Assembly: GCA_043228905.1 (NCBI GenBank)
Contig: JBHGNT010000015.1
Location: 7,750,001 to 7,814,000 of the forward strand
Direction: 5' to 3'
Origin: Azolla caroliniana
Lineage: Eukaryota > Plantae > Polypodiophyta
DNA length: 64,000 nt
The notes under the pieces are model-generated. The model was not told the origin of the DNA and made no database searches. It saw nothing but the letters and a program-made list of their open reading frames with translations. Each line of letters opens with the position of its first letter. The stretch's first letter is position 1. The position numbers and the translations under genes are program-made. Of the stretch, positions 60,475-64,000 are shown piece after piece.

Positions 60475-63400
60475 TGTTGAGAGACAAGCTCAACATCGGC
60501 CGGATTGGCTGAAGAAGCCGAGGACCGGATCGGTTGGGACCGATCGGTTAGGCCGAATGCGTAAACCAGTACGTAGACCGGTGCATAGGTAGGGCCGGAT
60601 CGGTGCGTAAACTGGGAGGCCGTTAGGAAAGATATTCCGTAAGGAATATATTTGGGAGTTAGTGTAGGAGCTCTCAATGAGCATTGAAGTACTGTCAGTA
60701 CTTCTGTCAGTCCTTCTAGGACTTGTATAAAAGTGTTCATTGAACACACATATGTATAGAGTCATGAATAGAGGTTGAATATAGTTCTTGTGTTTTCTCT
60801 CTCTCACTCTCTCTGTCTCTCCCGCGTATACTGCGTAAGCTCAAGCTCTCCATTAAACCTGAGTTTTCTTCCTTCTGTTCGGTCTTCACACTTGCTTCCG
60901 CACGCTACTTTTTACATGGTATCAGAGCGCGAGGGTTGAGAACCTCTCTGCAGCCGACACAGCTTGACGAAGAAGAACAAGAAGAACGATGGATAGAGGC
61001 ATGGCGAGCTCGCTTCCAACAGAGAAGCTCGACAGAACCAACTACGCGTCTTGGTCCTACAAGATGCACCAGTACTTGCTCGGGCACGGCTACTGGAGTT
61101 ATGTCGAAGGAGCTAATGACGCGGCACCCGAATCGACACACAGAGACTTCCCGTCGTGGGAGCAATCGGCGAGCAGGGTATTATACTGCTTTGCGTCGTG
61201 TGTGGGGGAACAACTATTGAGCTATGTTCGGGATGCAAAGACGCCGAAGGGTGCGTGGGAAAATCTGAAGAAGATTTTTGCTGCAAGCACCACAGCCAGG
61301 AAGCTTCAGCTTCGACAGGAGTTGAGCAACCTACGACAACGCGACTTGTCGGTGGCGGATTATACCTCGAAGATCAAGGATATCTACGACTCCCTCGCCT
61401 CCATAGAGGTGAATATCGAGGAGAGTGAGATGGTCCAGATCTGTCTCGGAGGTTTGGCGTCGAAGTTCGATGCATTTCGAACGGCTGTGTGTACCCGGGA
61501 GAATACGCCGTCCTTTTTCGACTTACAATCAATGCTCCTGGTAGAGGAGAACCACACGGGTGCGTCTACAAGCACGCATACCGACAACAAAATGTTGTAC
61601 ACGGAGGGAGATAGGCCCCGTGGACGTGGAGGACGAGGCGAGTCGGTGCGCAATGGAGGCGGCTGACGAGATCAAGGAAGAAGGCACCGAAGTGATGCCG
61701 ACAGCAACTCCAAACCCTTCGGAAACAGGGGGAGTCGAAGCATTGAAAAGTGAGTGCTGGAAGAAGCGCGCCGATTCGGAGAGAACCGGTTCCGGAAACG
61801 GCTCCGGACATACCAACAAGGGAAATCGGCAGCGATCGCACTACGCCGAAGACTCCGGGAGAGCCGGAGAAGGGTCTGCCTTCGTGACCAGACACGAAGC
61901 AAACTCAATGAAACGGACCACCCCGAGATCGGACGAGGTGTGGTATGTAGACTCCGGCGCGTCAAACCACATGACGAGCCATAAGGAGTGGTTCTTGTAC
62001 CTTGAAAAACCGATACAACCTAGAGTAGTCGCAACTGGAGACGACACTCCGCATCCGATCGCGAAAGTCGTAGAAGATCCCCTTAGCCATGTCGGGCAGA
62101 AAGGGAAACTCATGAACGTGCTGCACGTTCCGACAATCACGAAGAACTTGGTCTCGGTCGGACAGATCGTCAACCAAGGGATGGAGGTTCGGTTTACACA
62201 GCTCGGGTGCTTCATTGAGGAAGAAGGCCGTGTGATTGCGCAAGGGCGCAGAGACGGGAGGATGTTCATCCTCGACTCCACTGACGGCGGCACCGCAATG
62301 TTCGCGAAGGGACAAAAATCCGAGTCGGACATCGACTTGTGGCACAAGCGGATAGGCCACGTCAACTACCAGCGGCTTCAAGATCTGCAATCGAAACAGG
62401 TAGTGTTCGGATTGCCCAAATTCAGTGGCCGAAAGGCACAAATTTGTGAAGCCTGCCAGCTCGGGAAGCAACACAGACTTCCTTTCCCCAATGAGCGAAA
62501 CCGGAGCCGGAACAAGCTTGACCTTATACACTCCGATGTATGGGGGCCGACACAAAACGTTAGTCTTGGCGGGAGCCGATATTTCGTCTCCTTCATCGAC
62601 GACCACACGCAGTACACGTGGATCTACCTCGTTGAGAGGAAGAGCGAAGTCTTCGACTGTTTCCGGGACCTCAAAGGGTTCATGGAAAAGGAAACGGGAT
62701 GAAAGATCAAGTGCCTGCGGTCGGATGGCGGGAAAGAGTACTTTTCTGGTCAATTCAACGGTTATCTACAACAAATGGGAATTCGGCGCGAATTCAGTTG
62801 TAGATACACGCCGGAGTAGAATGGCGTGGCCGAGAGGAAGAATCAGTCAGTTGTGGAAGCGGCACGGGCCATGCTGGAGGAGAAGAGCTTGCCCAAGTTC
62901 TACTGGGCCGTGGCGGTAAGGACCGTGGTATACATCCAGAACCGGATCGGAGACAAAGTGTCGGCGCACGAACTATATTTCGGAACGAAGCCAAACTTGC
63001 GACACTTGAGGGTGTTCAGTAGCATTGCGTATGTGCAGGTACCGAAGGAGAAAAGGAGGAAGCTGGATGCAAAGGCCGAGAAATGCATCTTGGTCGGTTA
63101 CTCGGACGAGCAGAAGGGTTATAAGTGCTATAACCCTCGCACCAAACAAGCGCGTGTTAGCCGCGACAATGTGTTTGACGAGTCCGCGTCCTGGTACCAG
63201 CCCCCGACTTCGAACCCCGACTCCAATCCGAGTTCTGACGATGAGGTCAGCGAGGCCGAGGTGCCTCCGGCGGAGCCCGAAATCGAGACCCGCGAAGAGA
63301 GTCCGATTTCACTCCGTTTAAGTGGACAGATTAGACGACTGAGTCGGTACGACCAGTCTGATGAAGAGCCGGCGAGTAGTGGAGACTCGGCCGTGCATTC

Positions 63401-64000
63401 CCCGCGTAGGAAGCCGAGGAGACGGCTTACGCGCAAAGAGAAAGGGAAGAAGAAGGTGTCAGATTCCGGCACGGATAGGAACGAGTTAGACTGACGCGAG
63501 TCCGACTCCGAAGGAACTGGTGACGGAACTTTAAAGGTGAAGTCTGTGTCGACCGAGAAGGCCTTGACATCGGCTAATGTGAGATTCCGCCGATCTACCC
63601 GCCAAAAGAATCTTGTTTTGCGGTTCAGATACAACGAGTACATGGCGCATCATTATGCGTAAATGACCCGTGTGGCGGAAGTGCGTGAGCCGGAGAGCTA
63701 CGTAGAAGCGGCTAAAGGCGCGAATTGGCGTGCCGCGATGGAGGAAGAGATGCACGCATTGGCGGAGAACGAGACCTGGGACCTGGTTGACGCACCAACA
63801 GGGGTAAAACCGATCGGGTGTAGGTGGGTGTACAAGGTCAAGTACAACACCGATGGCTCCGTCAACCGGTACAAGGCTCGGATAGTGGCAAAGGGCTACG
63901 CGCAGAAACACGGCATCGACTACGATGAGACATTTGCGCCGGTCGCGAAAATGACGATCGTCCGTGTTTTGCTCGCAGTAGCTGCGGTGAAGGGGTGGCA
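60475..64000 (+). mobile_element. Ty1/Copia element J (5' LTR 60475-60916, PBS 60917-60928, gag-pol running off the window)
   Basis: Perfect TGGTATCAGAGC; gag, DSGASNH, integrase, start of RT. Confidence 0.95.
60989..64000 (+). pseudogene. pol: Copia J gag-pol with ~5 nonsense codons and a deletion in the zinc knuckle
   Basis: ORFs 60989..61666, 61560..62702, 62826..63494; comparison with G shows loss of CxxC near 61745. Confidence 0.9.

Overview
Eukaryotic, almost certainly plant (probably bryophyte/early-diverging, by inference) heterochromatin with no intact host gene. About 50 kb is a deep nest of LTR retrotransposons. (i) A non-chromovirus Ty3/Gypsy family (A, B, F) carries a ~970-aa coiled-coil extra ORF; copy B is complete (20512-30608, TSD CGATT). 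(ii) A second Gypsy family is primed by tRNA-Trp (C, E), with long repeat-filled LTRs, a -1 frameshift/pseudoknot after protease, and a very young gag-only derivative D (40333-43856, apparently identical LTRs, 4-bp TSD). (iii) There are five copies of one Ty1/Copia family, plus Tork-like Copia relics, a non-coding LTR family, LINE fragments and a decayed multi-exon gene. The top observation is that family A/B has no polypurine tract next to the 3' LTR. That position instead holds a sense copy of a tRNA-Arg 3' end ending in CCA, i.e. a second, inverted primer-binding site, which suggests tRNA priming of both strands. tRNA assignments are from remembered plant tRNA sequences and need a database check.
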